A stretch of 64,000 nt of DNA, from assembly GCA_951406725.2 (NCBI GenBank), contig OX597839.1:22382001-22446000 (forward strand). The letters run 5' to 3'. How positions within the stretch are numbered: position 1 is the first letter of the stretch; each line of letters begins with the position of its first letter. Both the position numbers and the translations under genes were made by a program. Source of the stretch: Octopus vulgaris. Its lineage: Eukaryota. The notes beneath the pieces are model-generated. The model searched no databases, was not told where the DNA came from, and was given only the letters and a program-made list of their open reading frames with translations. Shown here piece by piece: positions 40,734 through 54,133 of the stretch.

Positions 40734-40837
40734 TTGACTTTGTGACTGGAGTTCACTCTTCTCTCGTTTCAATTTCTGGATTTCTACTTTAAGTGATTCC
40801 ACTGCAGAAGAAAGAGAACGTAAAAGTGATGGAGTCC
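40734..40837 (-). CDS. RAP1GAP: Rap1GAP-like coiled-coil exon (TPSLLRSLSSAVESLKVEIQKLKREKSELQSQSQ)
   Basis: tatcAG / GTAAGT, 104 nt, phase 1 to 0; heptad pattern. Confidence 0.83.
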
Positions 40838-40856
40838 CTGATAGACTATGTATGTG

Positions 40857-40895
<39 letters not shown>

Positions 40896-41789
40896 TATAA
40901 CAACGAATAATATATATATGTATATACATATATAACAATGAATAATATATATATGTATATACATATATATGTGTGTGTATATATGTATATACATATATAA
41001 CAATGAATAATATATATATGTATATACATATATATGTGTGTGTATATATGTGTATATATGTGTATGTACATATATATGCATGTGTATATATGCATATGTA
41101 TATATGTATATGCATATGTATATGCATATGTGTATATATGTATATGCATATGTATATGCATATGTGTATATATGTATATACATATATGTAGATGTATATA
41201 TGTACATGTGTGTATATATATATATATAAGAAAATGGAAATACTTTGGCAATATTTCCATTTTCCCAGTTTTATTAGCAAATATTTTCATAATCCTCAAT
41301 TTTAATGTGTTTCAGTTTACATACAAAGTAACTATGGTAACGGAATCAGTAGCTATGCTTCAGGAGGAACCACCCGGGACCTTCCCCCTAACTATCTGTG
41401 AATATATATGATATATATATGTGTGTATGGTAAAAGAGACATGGAATATATGAGGATTTTTATTAACCACTACGACTGTTTCAACCCATCTGGCATTGAT
41501 CCCTTGTGGATGGGATACTCAACAAGTGGTTCAGGAGTATCTGGTGGTGCAAATGTGTCTGTTTGGGTGACAAATAGATATGTTGTTGTCAAAGACTGCC
41601 TCAGAAAACCTGCTGAGGTGAAGCCATGGGGAAAGTGTTTGATCCATGCCAAGGGGTTATTTAAGAAAGCTAAGAACTTTCTTGCAAATGTGGCATACTT
41701 TGGTTCTTTATCCAAGATAAAAATTCTAACAAATTGTTATATGCAGATCCTTGTGATGTCTGCAGAATGCTGCACACCCAGTTTCCAGC

Positions 41790-42120
41790 AATTGTGAAAG
41801 GTTTTAGGAATGGTGGGTAATGAAGGCCATGTCATTCCAGTGTATGTTCTTTTCTCAGGGTCTTAGAATTGATATATTGAAGCGCTGGAGATGGTTAAGC
41901 CCTGAATATACAATGGAATATACAATGGAAAGCCGTAAACATTTCAACAAAACTCAACACCTTTCCTCAAAGCCCACATAACTCAAGAATGAACATCAGA
42001 CAATCTTTAAAATCCTGTGACACTAATCTTGTGGCTTTTAATCTTTCCAGAGTCAAATCCCATGGACCACAGCATTTGGAACATTGTTGCAAGGGAGACT
42101 AATCAACATCTCACATTGCC
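41790..42120 (+). pseudogene. Tc1/mariner-superfamily transposase relic (DD37D/maT-like)
   Basis: degenerate VLG..GNEGHV.P, QGLR, VKPW, FQQ.S.P..KA..TQEW and NPMD.SIW motifs. Confidence 0.6.
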
Positions 42121-42151
42121 ATAAGTTTCACTGACGGTATATTTATATATA

Positions 42152-42520
42152 TGAGGGGATGCTGAAAAGCCCCTGGCTTTAAGGGTATTGCAAAAGGCCT
42201 GGTTGGAGGCCCAACTTTCCAAGTTCTTTTACAGGGCTTAGAAAAACTGAAGGACCACTGCGATAAGTGAGATGGGAATATGTTGAATAAAATCATAATT
42301 AAGTGATCCTCTTGTATATTCTTTAACCCCAAACCAGGAACTTTCCAGCACCCCTTTATATGAGGGGCTGCTGATAATTTCCTGGCTTTAAGGGTATTCT
42401 GAAAGGTCTGGTTAGAGGTCCAATCTTTCGAGTTCTTTTACAAGGCCTAAAAAAACTGAAGGACCCCTGCAATAAGTGTGTGAATCAGAGAGGGAAACAT
42501 GTTGGATAAAATCATAATGT
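42152..42520. mobile_element. Two adjacent mariner-like MITE copies (complete 42152-42356, partial 42361-42520)
   Basis: TIR gaggggatgctgaaaag..cctgg / ccaggaactttccagcacccct; TA flanks; related inverted copy at 61823-62023. Confidence 0.7.
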
Positions 42521-42598
42521 ACGATGTCAATGTGATAAAGAAATGTTGTAAGGTTCCTCAGGTAAGATGATAAAATGAGTAAAAGTAAGGAATATTAC

Positions 42599-42701
42599 CT
42601 TCTGACTCTGGAATTGACACACTGGCTCCATCTTCGCTGAAACTGTTTGACAAGGAATTCTTCATAGTAGTGTAGGGGGTGCCAACAGAAGACATACTTT
42701 C
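42599..42701 (-). CDS. RAP1GAP: Rap1GAP-like tail exon (ESMSSVGTPYTTMKNSLSNSFSEDGASVSIPESE)
   Basis: ttgtAG / GTAATA, 103 nt, phase 0 to 1. Confidence 0.83.
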
Positions 42702-43326
42702 CTACAAAGTAAAAATATTTAGCTTTTTAACTTTATACAAAAACAAATCATGGACTTCCTTCGTCGTTTGACCCCTTAGCATTTAAACTGACCGTGTCCA
42801 GCCCAGATATTCTACCTACTTTACGTTCTAAAAGTAAACTAGCACATCAATTGAAGTCTTGAAGCTAGGAGATAATCCAGGATTAACAGAAAACAATGTG
42901 AACAGATAAGCATTATATTTGACAGAGTAATCAGAATGCTAAATGGTTAACAGAACTTTATTGGTTTCATAAGATAAAATACCAGACTCAGAATGGTATT
43001 AGGTATTGGTAAAGGCAACCAGCCATAGAAATTGTACCAGGGCAGGCTTTTGGAGCATGGTGCAGGCCTCTGGCTTGTCAACCCATGGAAAGTGGGCATT
43101 AAATGGTGACAATGATATACAGCCTAGTCCAGATGGACCGTAGCAATGTTTTGGTGGTTCCTGGCAAATTTTATGGCCTGCTGGCTTGTTATATGATGTG
43201 AAAGTGAATTGTTCGTTGATGAAATATTTTCTTTTTAAAGGCTGTGTCATGTTGGAGTAAATGACCAGTGCTGTCCAAAGATGGCTGAAGGCTAAAGGAG
43301 GGTGTGGAGAGAGAGACTATACTAAC

Positions 43327-43444
43327 CAGGCCTGTGTCACTGTCTTCGTGGTCTTGGCTGGTCTGTTGTACTGTGTAGTCTTCCATACTGTTAAAACTAC
43401 TTTCAGAGTTTGAGGGGGACAACTGTGAGCTGTTGTGCCGTAAC
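43327..43444 (-). CDS. RAP1GAP: Rap1GAP-like tail exon (LRHNSSQLSPSNSESSFNSMEDYTVQQTSQDHEDSDTGL)
   Basis: tttctcttcgttgcAG / GTTAGT, 118 nt, phase 2 to 0. Confidence 0.85.
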
Positions 43445-44719
43445 CTGCAACGAAGAGAAACAGAGGGGAGTGTGAAAGGAGTTTATATGAATCAACAAGC
43501 AAGACGGACATGAAGCTATTTAATGGGGCTTTCAGAAAACTAGGAATTTCAAACCATGAAACAACAATATCATGCAAGAAAAGAAAAGAAGAAGAAAATG
43601 ATGATGAAGTCAGTGATGATGTGATTCCCAGGGGCTAATTACTGGGTCATTGTGTTTCAGATGCTGAGAGTGATAAGGAAGTGCCTGTATCTTGGGGCAG
43701 AGCAATTACTTCAAAAGATATCATTTGAAATGTATAATTGCTTTCAAAGATTACACCCTTCATTGATTTACATCAGTGAAAGATATATATGCATTTGTGT
43801 GTGTGTGTGTGTGTGTATGTGCATAAGATCTTTATTGTCACTGAGATGTTTTTCCATGCTGTTAGGGTTTCGATGGGTCTCACAACAATAGAAAAAAATC
43901 AAACTTCTATTTGTGTTTTTAAGTAGAGGTTTTTTTTTAAAGCTGCCTGTGCTTTACATCATCAATCAGCACAGGCAAGGGTGTGTCTTGGTGTGCTACC
44001 AAGCTACTAAAGAGGGCGTCTGTGTGGAACAACTAAAGAATCCTCTTTCTTACGTACCAGGGTCTTTTTATTCAGTGTCTGAGGCTGTCCCCAGACATCA
44101 AACTAGTCATAGAATTTCAACAGCAGCCACACAATCACCATTCAACTAACTATGTTGTTGTCGAGCTCCAGGTCAGCCCTGACAACAGGACCTCTAAGAG
44201 GTTGGGTTCAGCTGGTTTATTGGCTCAGGGTCAGCAGAACCAAGGAGGTGCCTGTGACTACCGGCTAAGCTGCCTTACAGCTCCTGTAAGTAACCCCCAC
44301 CTAACTCCCTGGGCCCCTCCCAAAGCTGTCTCACCCCATTGAGTTATATTTCTCTGAGAGGACCTGTGTCCATCCAGTCTTTCAGACAACTGTGAAGGAA
44401 ACGTGACTGTTATTTCAATCAGGTCAAGCAAACATGAAAAGGGTTTTGTCCATTGACATTATGTGAAAGATATCGTTAACCAACATCTAAGCATTGCAGC
44501 TTCAGCCATGCTAGAAACAACAGAAGCCGTTATCTCCAAAACAAAATGCACCAACGCAGAGAATGGACACCCAAGAAGCTGAAAGGCCTTCGACGAAATC
44601 CCATTTACAAGATGCAGTTTTTGGGCCACTCACTCAGAGAAAGGATTAAAAGCCAAAAATGTTTGGAATGCACTGGGAAAGAAGATGAGATTTGAGATGG
44701 CTTCAAAGAAGAGAAACTA

Positions 44720-45314
44720 GTTTTACTCTTTACTCTTTTACTTGTTTCAATGGCCCAGTGGTTAGGGCAGCGGACTCGCGGTCATAGGATCGCGGTTTCG
44801 ATTCCCAGACCGGGCGTTGTGAGTGTTTACTGAACGAAAACACCTAAAGCTCCACGAGGCTCCGGCAGAGGATGGTGGTGATCCCTGCTGTACTCTTTTA
44901 CCACAACTTTCTCTCACTCTTACTTCCTGTTTTTGTGGTACCTGTATTTCAAAGGGGCCGGCCTTGTCACTCTCTGTGTCACGCTGAATATCTCTGAGAA
45001 CTACGTTAAGGGTACACGTGTCTGTGGAGTGCTCAGCCACTTACACGTTGATTTCACGAGCATGCTTTTCCGTTGATTCGGATCAACCGGAACCCTCGTC
45101 GTCGTAACCGACGGAGTCCTTCCATCCACTTGTTTCAGTCATTTGACTGTGGCCATGCTGGAGCACCGTCTTTAGTCGAGCAAATTGACACCAGGATTTA
45201 TTCTTTGTAAGCCTAGTACTTATTCTATTGGTCTCTTTTACCGAACCGCTAAGTTACAGGGATGTAAACACACCAGCATTGGTTATCAAGCGATGTTGTG
45301 GGGGACAAACACAG

Positions 45315-45345
<31 letters not shown>

Positions 45346-45535
45346 CATATATACGATGGGCTTCTTTCTGTTTCCATCTGCCAAATCCACTCACAAGGCT
45401 TTGGTCAGCCCAAGGCTATAGTAGAAGACACTTGCCCAAGGTGCCACGCAGTGGGACTGAACCCGGAACCATGTGGTTCGTAAGCAAGCTACTTACCACA
45501 CAGCCACTCCTGCGCCCGATAAATGAATGAAAAGA
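44720..45535 (-). mobile_element. Family A SINE (-) interrupted by family C SINE (+, 44750-45127)
   Basis: TSD acttgtttca at 44740-44749 and 45128-45137. Confidence 0.87.
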
Positions 45536-46238
45536 CAGAACTAATTTGATGGAACAATTTTTAACGAGTTGTGAAACTGAGGTTCCAGACAATAATAATA
45601 ACAATAATAACAATCCTTTCTACAATAGGTACAAGGCCTAAAATTTGACTACATTGACCCCAGTGTATCACTGGTACTTCAAGCATTTTGCCCAGCATGT
45701 TAACGGTTCTGCCAGCTTACTGCCATTATTATAATGATGATGATGATGATGATGATGATGATAAAGGATATAATTTTAATGGTGGAATTAATAAAATAAA
45801 AACAAACAAACATAGGACATGAAAATATATAAAAAAAGAAACAAGTTTTAAAGATTTGATGTTATTAAAGAGAATTGCTTTCAATTCATTTCGATATGTT
45901 CAAACACACACACACACACACTGTGTCATTTCTAAATTTTCTTCTGGTCACCCTGTATGTTGTGTGTGTGTGTGTGTGACTGGGGTTTCTAAAGCCACAG
46001 TGAAGGTAACCTGCCTGGGAGTCCGGGAGTCCCTCTGGATTATAAACAATCAAAGATAGAGACAAATCGTCCGATGAATGGCAACGAAACCTCCTTCAAG
46101 TCACACCAGACAGTCTTCGAAAAGGCCTGAGTTGTGTAAGTTGGTAGTGTTCACAGGATGGTCATGGGTGGAATGTGCTTGATCATAGAGAGTGCACCTA
46201 ATCGTTGAGATCACTTGTGAACTAAACCCCCCAGACTT

Positions 46239-46580
<342 letters not shown>

Positions 46581-47600
46581 TAATATAGATTCATTTCCTT
46601 AATTACATTCACATCCATTACTGTTATGAACAAACGAATTAGATGATTCATGTAAATATATTTCTGTGTTGCTGTGAAGGAATGCTTGGGGGGTGGTGGG
46701 GGGTCAAGATAAGGTGAAGTGTGGACTCGGGTAACCTGCTGCAAGTGTAGCTCAAGTTTCATGCTCCGTAAATTTATGCAGAAAGATCCCTAAAATTGAT
46801 TATGGGTGCAAGCTGTGCAACAAAAAACAATCCCAATGAAAATCACAGAAACTAAGACAACAGACGTGAAGTGTTTGGTCCTTCGGGTCCTTCTCAGGGA
46901 GTTTACATATATGGAATACAGAGTGGCCCCAAAAACTCGAGATCCATAGATAATTGGCCTAACATACACATGTATATAAGACAAGTGTTATAATTGGTTT
47001 GAAGCATTGTATGATAATAAATGAAATTGGAGATGAGGAAAGTTGTAAAACCTCAATATATTTGGGGTGCAAAAGGCCCATCTTTTGAAGGATGCAGTCG
47101 GCTTTCGAGGGGCTGGACCTACAAAGACATTTCTTTCCTTCAGAAAATGGATCTTTTGTGCCTGAAAAACAAGGGTCTTTCGACCATTCCTCTTTGGATT
47201 GTTAGAAACTTTCTCTTATTTTCCTTTGTATTTGTTATTCTACACACATATGTGCATATGTATGTATATGTTTGGTTTGTGTGTGTGTATATGTTTGGTT
47301 TGTGTGTGTGTATATGTTTGGTTTGTGTGTTTATTTTTTTTTGTATTTATATTACATATTTTTTTTCTTTGTAACCAAATTTGTTTTGACTTTACAGACT
47401 GGCAATGGACTCAGAACTTTCGAAAGATCAAAATTGTTGAAACCCTTGCTGGGAGCTCATTAAGTAAGGACCCAAATCTCAGGGCCACCATGAGAACAGT
47501 TTTGATGCAGTCAGATAAATTCCATAAGAGAACCATTTGATGGAAAATAATTAAAAAATAAAAAGCAAAGAGCCATTAGATTCAATGCTTTGGACAACCC

Positions 47601-48005
47601 TGTGTGTGCGTGTGTGTGTATCTATGCCTATGTATATATGAATGTGTGTATGTACATACATACATATATATATATATATGTATGTATGTATATGTGTGTG
47701 TGTATGTATGCCTATGTATATATGAATGTGTGTATGTACATACATACATATATATATATATGTATGTATGTATGTGTGTGTGTGTATGCCTATGTATATA
47801 TGAATGTGTGTATGTACATACATACATATATATATATGTATGTATATGTGTGTATGTATGCCTATGTATATATGAATGTGTGTATGTACATACATACATA
47901 TATATATATGTATGTATGTATATGTGTGTGTATGTATGTATGCCTATGTATATATGAATGATATATATATATGTATGTATGTATATGTGTGTGTGTGTGT
48001 GTGTA
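47601..48005. repeat. Minisatellite of ~75-85 bp units built from microsatellites
   Basis: gcctatgtatatatgaatg recurs five times. Confidence 0.85.
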
Positions 48006-48296
48006 TAGATTAGTTTTAATGTATTGTTTTGCTGTATGTGAATTCTGATCAGTGAGAACTGGAATCAAAGACTTTCAATCCATGACCATCCTGCCTTTTT
48101 TTTTTTCACAGACACAGTGTATCTAGGGTTAAGATGAGCAGGTGTTATTTATCTATTTTGCTTCTAGCAGGTCAGGTGACAACAGAGACGTTGCCTTGGT
48201 AACAGGCTCAACATACACGTGTGTGTGTGTGTGTGTGTGTTTGTTAAAAAACGTCAGACAATGTTTGATGTTTTGCACTAATGTGGCTGTGTATAC

Positions 48297-48395
48297 CTTG
48301 ATGTGGAGTTTGAGCTGCTAGGACTGGACTGTGGGCTTGGGGGAGTACTGCATGTTCGATACGTTGACTGGCTGCTCTGACTATCGATTCGATTC
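48297..48395 (-). CDS. RAP1GAP: Rap1GAP-like tail exon (NRIDSQSSQSTYRTCSTPPSPQSSPSSSNSTS)
   Basis: tgctAG / GTATAC, 99 nt, symmetric phase 2/2, Ser/Pro-rich, open in the required frame. Confidence 0.78.
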
Positions 48396-49381
48396 CTAGC
48401 AAATTAGAATAAAAACAATTAGAGTTGGTTAAAATCGGTAGATTTCAAATGGTTACACCTCACTCCTGCCTAAAAAGTTACTATTTTAAAGATATTTTTT
48501 TTTTTTTCCCCACTTCAGAAATAGGAGATATTTTCCTGTCAGATGATGAAGGGTTTTATAATGAAAAGAAAAAACTCAAGAATTAATTTTATTAGTGAGA
48601 GACATTGAAAGACGACTGGAAAACCGTTTAAAGAAGATATGAGGTTAGCAAATCTGTGGGGTGGCAGGGGTAGTTTACAACACTGTGTGCCATATTACAT
48701 TAATTAATTCATGCTTTTAATTGCATTTAATTTATAAGCGAACAAACAAAGCTGGATGCTTCCAGGTGTGGGTGGGAGGCGGGGAGAGAAAGGGGATCAG
48801 AAAGTAAGATCTACTCAGAATAAAAATGGGGTTTTGAGTTTTAGAAGCAATAGATTTGGGGTTTCAGATTTACTGAAAAGCTAAACTGACATTAGGGGAT
48901 GCAATTAATAGGGGTCAACTGAGAAGCAAGCCAGCAGTACGACTAAGTTTTATGAAGACTTCTTCTTGCGTGATGAAGGGGTCGGTAGACCTTTATCAAC
49001 TCAGATTGAGAAGGACTATTACACAGAGGTAATTGGTTAAATAGAATGGGGTATCTCGAAGACATAAAGAAATGATGCTCGTTGTTAATGGCGATTATCT
49101 TATTTCCTATTCTTTTGAATTGTCAGAGCAACTATTTTAGGCAAATGAAGTCCGACTGTTTAATTTATAACGAAGTTTACGGCTTCCGTGTCACAAAGGT
49201 AATAATATATTATCAAAGAAATACACCAGATTTGGCTGATTCACCTGAGAAAACACATGCAATTATAAAGTTTATTAATTCAATATATTCTAAGTCCCCT
49301 TCCAACCCTGAAGGCTCCCTCCTTCCCACCTGCACACACAAGCCAATTATAAAAATTATTAAGTTATTCACATAGGAATAT

Positions 49382-49798
49382 AGGCGCAGGAGTGGCTGTG
49401 TGGTAAGTAGCTTGCTAACCAACCACATGGTTCCGGGTTCAGTCCCACTGCGTGGCATCTTGGGCAAGTGTCTTCTGCTATAGCCCCGGGCCGACCAATG
49501 CCTTTGTGAGTGGATTTGGTAGACGGAAACTGAAAGAAGCCTGTCGTATATATGTATATATATATGTGTGTGTGTGTATATGTTTGTGTGTCTGTGTTTG
49601 TCCCCCTAGCATTGCTTGACAACCGATGCTGGTGTGTTTACGTCCCCGTCACTTAGCTGTTCGGCAAAAGAGACCGATAGAATAAGTACTGGGCTTACAA
49701 AGAATAAGTCCCGGGGTCGATTTGCTCGACTAAAAAAAGGCGGTGCTCCAGCATGGCCGCAGTCAAATGACTGAAACAAGTAAAAGAGTAAAAGAGTA
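49382..49798 (+). mobile_element. Family A SINE, full length
   Basis: identity to the other copies. Confidence 0.9.
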
Positions 49799-50425
49799 TA
49801 GGACCCCATCAACTCTTGTCAGGACCTTTATAAAGATCTTACACCGAAGATTTAACAATCTTAACAATGGTACAACAACAGTTCCGAAATCCTGACAGTA
49901 ACTCTCAACATAAACCTATCTTCACTGCTCCATCATCTCTTGAACAAAAACAGGAATAAAGCATCAAAATCCCTGATATTTTATACAACAAATCCTGTAT
50001 ATGAAATCTGGGTTTTATTATTATTTTCAGTTCAGAAATACTTCAGCAAAAGACAGTTGCCAGCCCTCAAATAACCATGTTCCATGTTATAAATTAGATC
50101 ACAGAACCTATGTTCTATGTTATTGCAAAGTTTATACATCTGTGGTAAAATGTTTATCATACATCTGCATATTCTAGACCACATTCATATTAAAGCTGTT
50201 CATTCTAATTAACAGCTAATTGCTCGTTACCGACCTACACCTTTCCACTTCTCCATCCACCCCTCTGCTGCTATTTCATTGGGTTCCCAACTTACAACTG
50301 ACCCTATTCAATAAATAGATTTACTTACCCTAACCCTTCCCCATCACTACTGCGACTAGTCTCCTCCACATTTTCTTTCACTGCCATTAAAACTCTTTCC
50401 TTGCCCCTGTTTTTACCCCCTAAAT

Positions 50426-50785
50426 CAGTGGTTCCCAACCTGTGGTCTGTGGACCCTGGTGGTCTGCAAAGGTAGTACTGGGGGTACATGAACTAAATTC
50501 AAAATTTCATATACATATATATATATATATGTCAGTGGCACACAAAAAGCACCCACCACACTGTCAGAGTGGTTGGCATTAGGAAGGGCATCCAGCTGTA
50601 GAAACACTGCCAGATCAGATTGGAGCCTGGTGCAGCTGCTGGCTCTCCAGACCTCAGTCAAACCATCTAACCCATGCCAGCATGGAAATCGGACGTTAAA
50701 CAATGATGATGATATATATAAGGGTAAGCATATTAAAAGGGGGCCATGGGAAAACAAATTTACATAAAAGGGTTGCAAACCACTG
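50426..50785. mobile_element. hAT MITE carrying an RTE 3' fragment (50530-50712)
   Basis: TIR cagtggttcccaacc / ggttgcaaaccactg; 8 bp TSD ccctaaat/ccctaaac. Confidence 0.8.
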
Positions 50786-51441
50786 CCCTAAACCAATCCA
50801 AACCCTGTTTATAGAAACATAATTTCAAAGCATATTAAAAAGGGGCCATGGGAAAACAAATTTACATAAAAGGGTTGCAAACCACTGCCCTAAACCAATC
50901 CAAACCCTGTTTATAGAAACATAATTTCAAAGCATATTAAAAAGGGGCCATGGGAAAACAAATTTACATAAAAGGGTTGCAAACCACTGCCCTAAACCAA
51001 TCCAAACCCTGTTTATAGAAACATAATTTCAAAGCATATTAAAAGGGGGCCATGGGAAAACAAATTTACATAAAAGGGTTGCAAACCACTGCCCTAAACC
51101 AATCCAAACCCTGTTTATAGAAACATAATTTCAAAGCATATTAAAAGGGGGCCATGGGAAAACAAATTTACATAAAAGGGTTGCAAACCACTGCCCTAAA
51201 CCAATCCAAACCCTGTTTATAGAAACATAATTTCAAAGCATATTAAAAGGGGGCCATGGGAAAACAAATTTACATAAAAGGGTTGCAAACCACTGCCCTA
51301 AACCAATCCAAACCCTGTTTATAGAAACATAATTTCAAAGCATATTAAAAGGGGGCCATGGGAAAACAAATTTACATAAAAGGGTTGCAAACCACTGCCC
51401 TAAACCAATCCAAACTCTGTTTATAGAAACATAATTTCAAA
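50727..51441. repeat. 102-bp tandem repeat, 7 near-identical copies
   Basis: marker gggccatggg at 50741, 50843, 50945, 51047, 51149, 51251, 51353. Confidence 0.95.
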
Positions 51442-51587
51442 GGAGACAAAGCATAAAAACATGAACCCGATGTAGAAGAAAGTGCAATAAGACCGATAGG
51501 TTAACAGCTGCCGATGCTATGTGCAGAGAAGAAGAAGAAGAGGATAACATTTTGGGCATGCTTCAGAGAGAATCTGTTTTAACATAC

Positions 51588-51661
51588 ATTTTGTTCTTTT
51601 TGTCAAAACCTCCAGAGAAATTGCGAGTTAGGCTGTTGAAATTGGTTGGGGATTTCTTGAC
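51588..51661 (-). CDS. RAP1GAP: Rap1GAP-like tail exon (VKKSPTNFNSLTRNFSGGFDKKNK)
   Basis: long polypyrimidine tract + ccAG, GTATGT donor; 74 nt, phase 0 to 2, exactly bridges the flanking exons. Confidence 0.82.
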
Positions 51662-51775
51662 CTGGATGGAAGAAAAAAAGAAAACAAGAAAAATAAACGA
51701 TGATTGAAATTGAAGTTTTAACATCCACAAATTTTAATTTGGTTCTGGTACTTTCTCATCTTCTGAGTGTGTTAA

Positions 51776-51995
51776 CCCTTTCGTTACCAACCTGGCTGAA
51801 ACTGGCTCTGGCTCTGAGTACAAATGTCTTGTTTTCATAAGTTCTGAATTAAAATCTTCCACCAAACCTTAGTCACAATTTATGTTCCTAACACTAGCTT
51901 AATGATAACGAAGTTATTTTACTAAATTCTTTGTTACATTTAAAGTAATTGAAAGAAACACAGAGCATCTCAAAATAAATACAGTAATGAAAGGG
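51776..51995. mobile_element. piggyBac-derived MITE (220 bp)
   Basis: TTAA flanks; TIR matches the 17281-18356 element; relatives at 54998-55375 and 55460-55680. Confidence 0.88.
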
Positions 51996-52741
51996 TTAAG
52001 ATGGAATTTTCCTTTGAAAAATATATAATTTGGCCCAGATGTAGTTAGAAGATTAAGAAGTTCATCTCCTCTTCTTCCTCCTCATACAGTTCTGGGCAAG
52101 AATTTACTGGAGAGAGGCATTTGGTAGATGGAAACTGTGAGAAGCCTGTATATGCACACACACATGTCATGCTTTTTTTTTTCTGGGAAAAACACAACTC
52201 TGTGACTTCCCCATGATTGACCTTGCAGCAGGGGGTACCCTGTGACTTATACCAGTTGTTGTCAAATTTATTTATGATTTCTGAACATTTTAGTGGAGTT
52301 TACACCAATTATAATAATGGTCGATAAATTGGCCAGACCAATGCAACGCTTTCCTTTCAGCTGCCCTGATCTTCCATACACAGTCTTCATATCCTTAACC
52401 CAAGATCCAATGTCTTCTACAAGTTGATTAACAAATACTCTTCAAAGTGCAACTTAGTAATTAGATAAATAAATAACACCCACCACACACACACACACCA
52501 AATAAATGAGAGGCAAAGTTGGAATCTAATCAGAAAGGGGTGTAACTAAACACAACAAGGTATTTTGGTCTGTGGCATGCACAAAGCACCCAGCACACTC
52601 TGTAAAGTGATTGGCACTTTGGAAGGGCATCCAGCAAAAGACAAACCCTGCCACAACAGACAATCTCCAGATGGCCATCTCCTTTCAAAGCGTCCAACCC
52701 ATAGCAGCATGGGAAACATGACAATGACTGTCCATACTCAC

Positions 52742-52978
52742 CACTGGTGGGGTTTTCTCATCTTCACCAACCGTTGGCAAGTGCGCAGGCAAGCCATTCG
52801 ATTTCCTGTTGTCTCGTGAATCAAGGGGCTGAGTCCTGGTCTTCCCGCTCAACACTCGTTTGAAGGAGTTTATCAATTTCATTCCTTCTTGTTTCGATCC
52901 TGAAGCTCCAAAAATCTCGGCATTACTCTTGTCAAGGTCATCATACAGTGAGTCTAGCAAAGCAGCACGAGTTCGGTC
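52742..52978 (-). CDS. RAP1GAP: Rap1GAP-like exon ([15 protein letters not shown]...EDEKTPPV), end of GAP domain and start of C-terminal tail
   Basis: atttAG / GTGAGT, 237 nt, phase 0/0; RTRAALL..LY motif. Confidence 0.93.
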
Positions 52979-53139
52979 CTAAATGAGGAAAAGAAGATCT
53001 TTGGTGAGGGGCACAGATAAGGGTTAATGTTGGGGTGGAAAGTGAATGTTGGCAAGAGAGAGAGAGAGAGGAACAAACTAATTATTGTTTGAAATAGTGA
53101 AATAAAAAAAAAAGGACAGGAAAAGAAAATCAAATTTAC

Positions 53140-53226
53140 CCCAAGTTTAGCGAATTGGGCTGCGTTGAAACAAGCAAGTTCAGCGTTGATGAGTTTTGTG
53201 AGGACAAATTCTCGAAAATCCGGTCC
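53140..53226 (-). CDS. RAP1GAP: Rap1GAP-like exon ([29 protein letters not shown])
   Basis: ttcAG / GTAAAT, 87 nt; [13 protein letters not shown] motif. Confidence 0.95.
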
Positions 53227-53895
53227 CTGAAAGATAAAAATTGATAATTCAGAACAATGTGTAAAATTTGAATGTGTATATATCATAATTGGTGCTCCAG
53301 CGTGGACGTAGTCCAATGACTGAAACAAATAATATTTTTTCTTCTACCCACAAGGGGCTAAACACAGAGGGGAGAAACAAGGACAGACGAACGGATTAAG
53401 TCGATTGCATTGACCCCAGTGCTTAACTGGTACTTAATTCATCGACCCCGAAAGGATGAAAGGCAAAGTCGACCTCAGCGGAATTTGAACTCAGGACCTG
53501 AAGATAGACAAAATGCTGCTAATATTTCTCTCCCAGCGTGCTACCTTAATAAGAATGATAACAATTTGTAGTGTAGAAAGAAAGTCACAGATTTGTGGGT
53601 AGGGGTTAGTTGATTTAATAACCCCAGGAAGAGGAAAAGCAAAGATGGTCTTGGCAGGATTTGAACTGAGAAGTTGGGTGAATACAGTTGACAATGTCCT
53701 TTTCATTTCTAGACCACGTTCTCAATTTGAAGCCAGGTTTCCCTTTTCAAGTTAATGGGAAAATCAGATAAGGAAGGGCAGCAGATTGGAGACCCAGCTT
53801 AAATGTCTGCGATAAAGTGGCCTCTGCTAAAGGTACCCAAGCACCAGTGGGATGGTGTTGAGCTGGGTGACAAACAGGGTGGACTCTGTAAAAGG

Positions 53896-54133
53896 TACAC
53901 AAGGATCAGGGGGTGATACTGATTTGCAAAATTGACACAAGGATCAGGGGGTGATACTGATTTGCAAAATTGACACAAGGATCAGGGAGTGATACTGATT
54001 TGCAAAATTGACACAAGGATCAGGGGGTGATACTGATCTGCAAAATTGACACAAGGATCAGGGGGTGATACTGATTTGCAAAATTGACACAAGGATCAGG
54101 GGGTGATACTGATTTGCAAAATTGACACAAGGC
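53896..54133. repeat. 38-bp tandem repeat, 6 copies
   Basis: aaggatcagg at 53901, 53939, 53977, 54015, 54053, 54091. Confidence 0.95.

Noticed and set aside
48945-48990. Possible extra Rap1GAP exon
   Set aside because: Purine-rich weak acceptor and no phase-compatible donor; the gene model closes without it.
53896-54133. CRISPR-like periodicity (38 bp)
   Set aside because: Units are contiguous with no unique spacers, and the context is a eukaryotic intron; the same applies to the 102-bp and 184-bp arrays.
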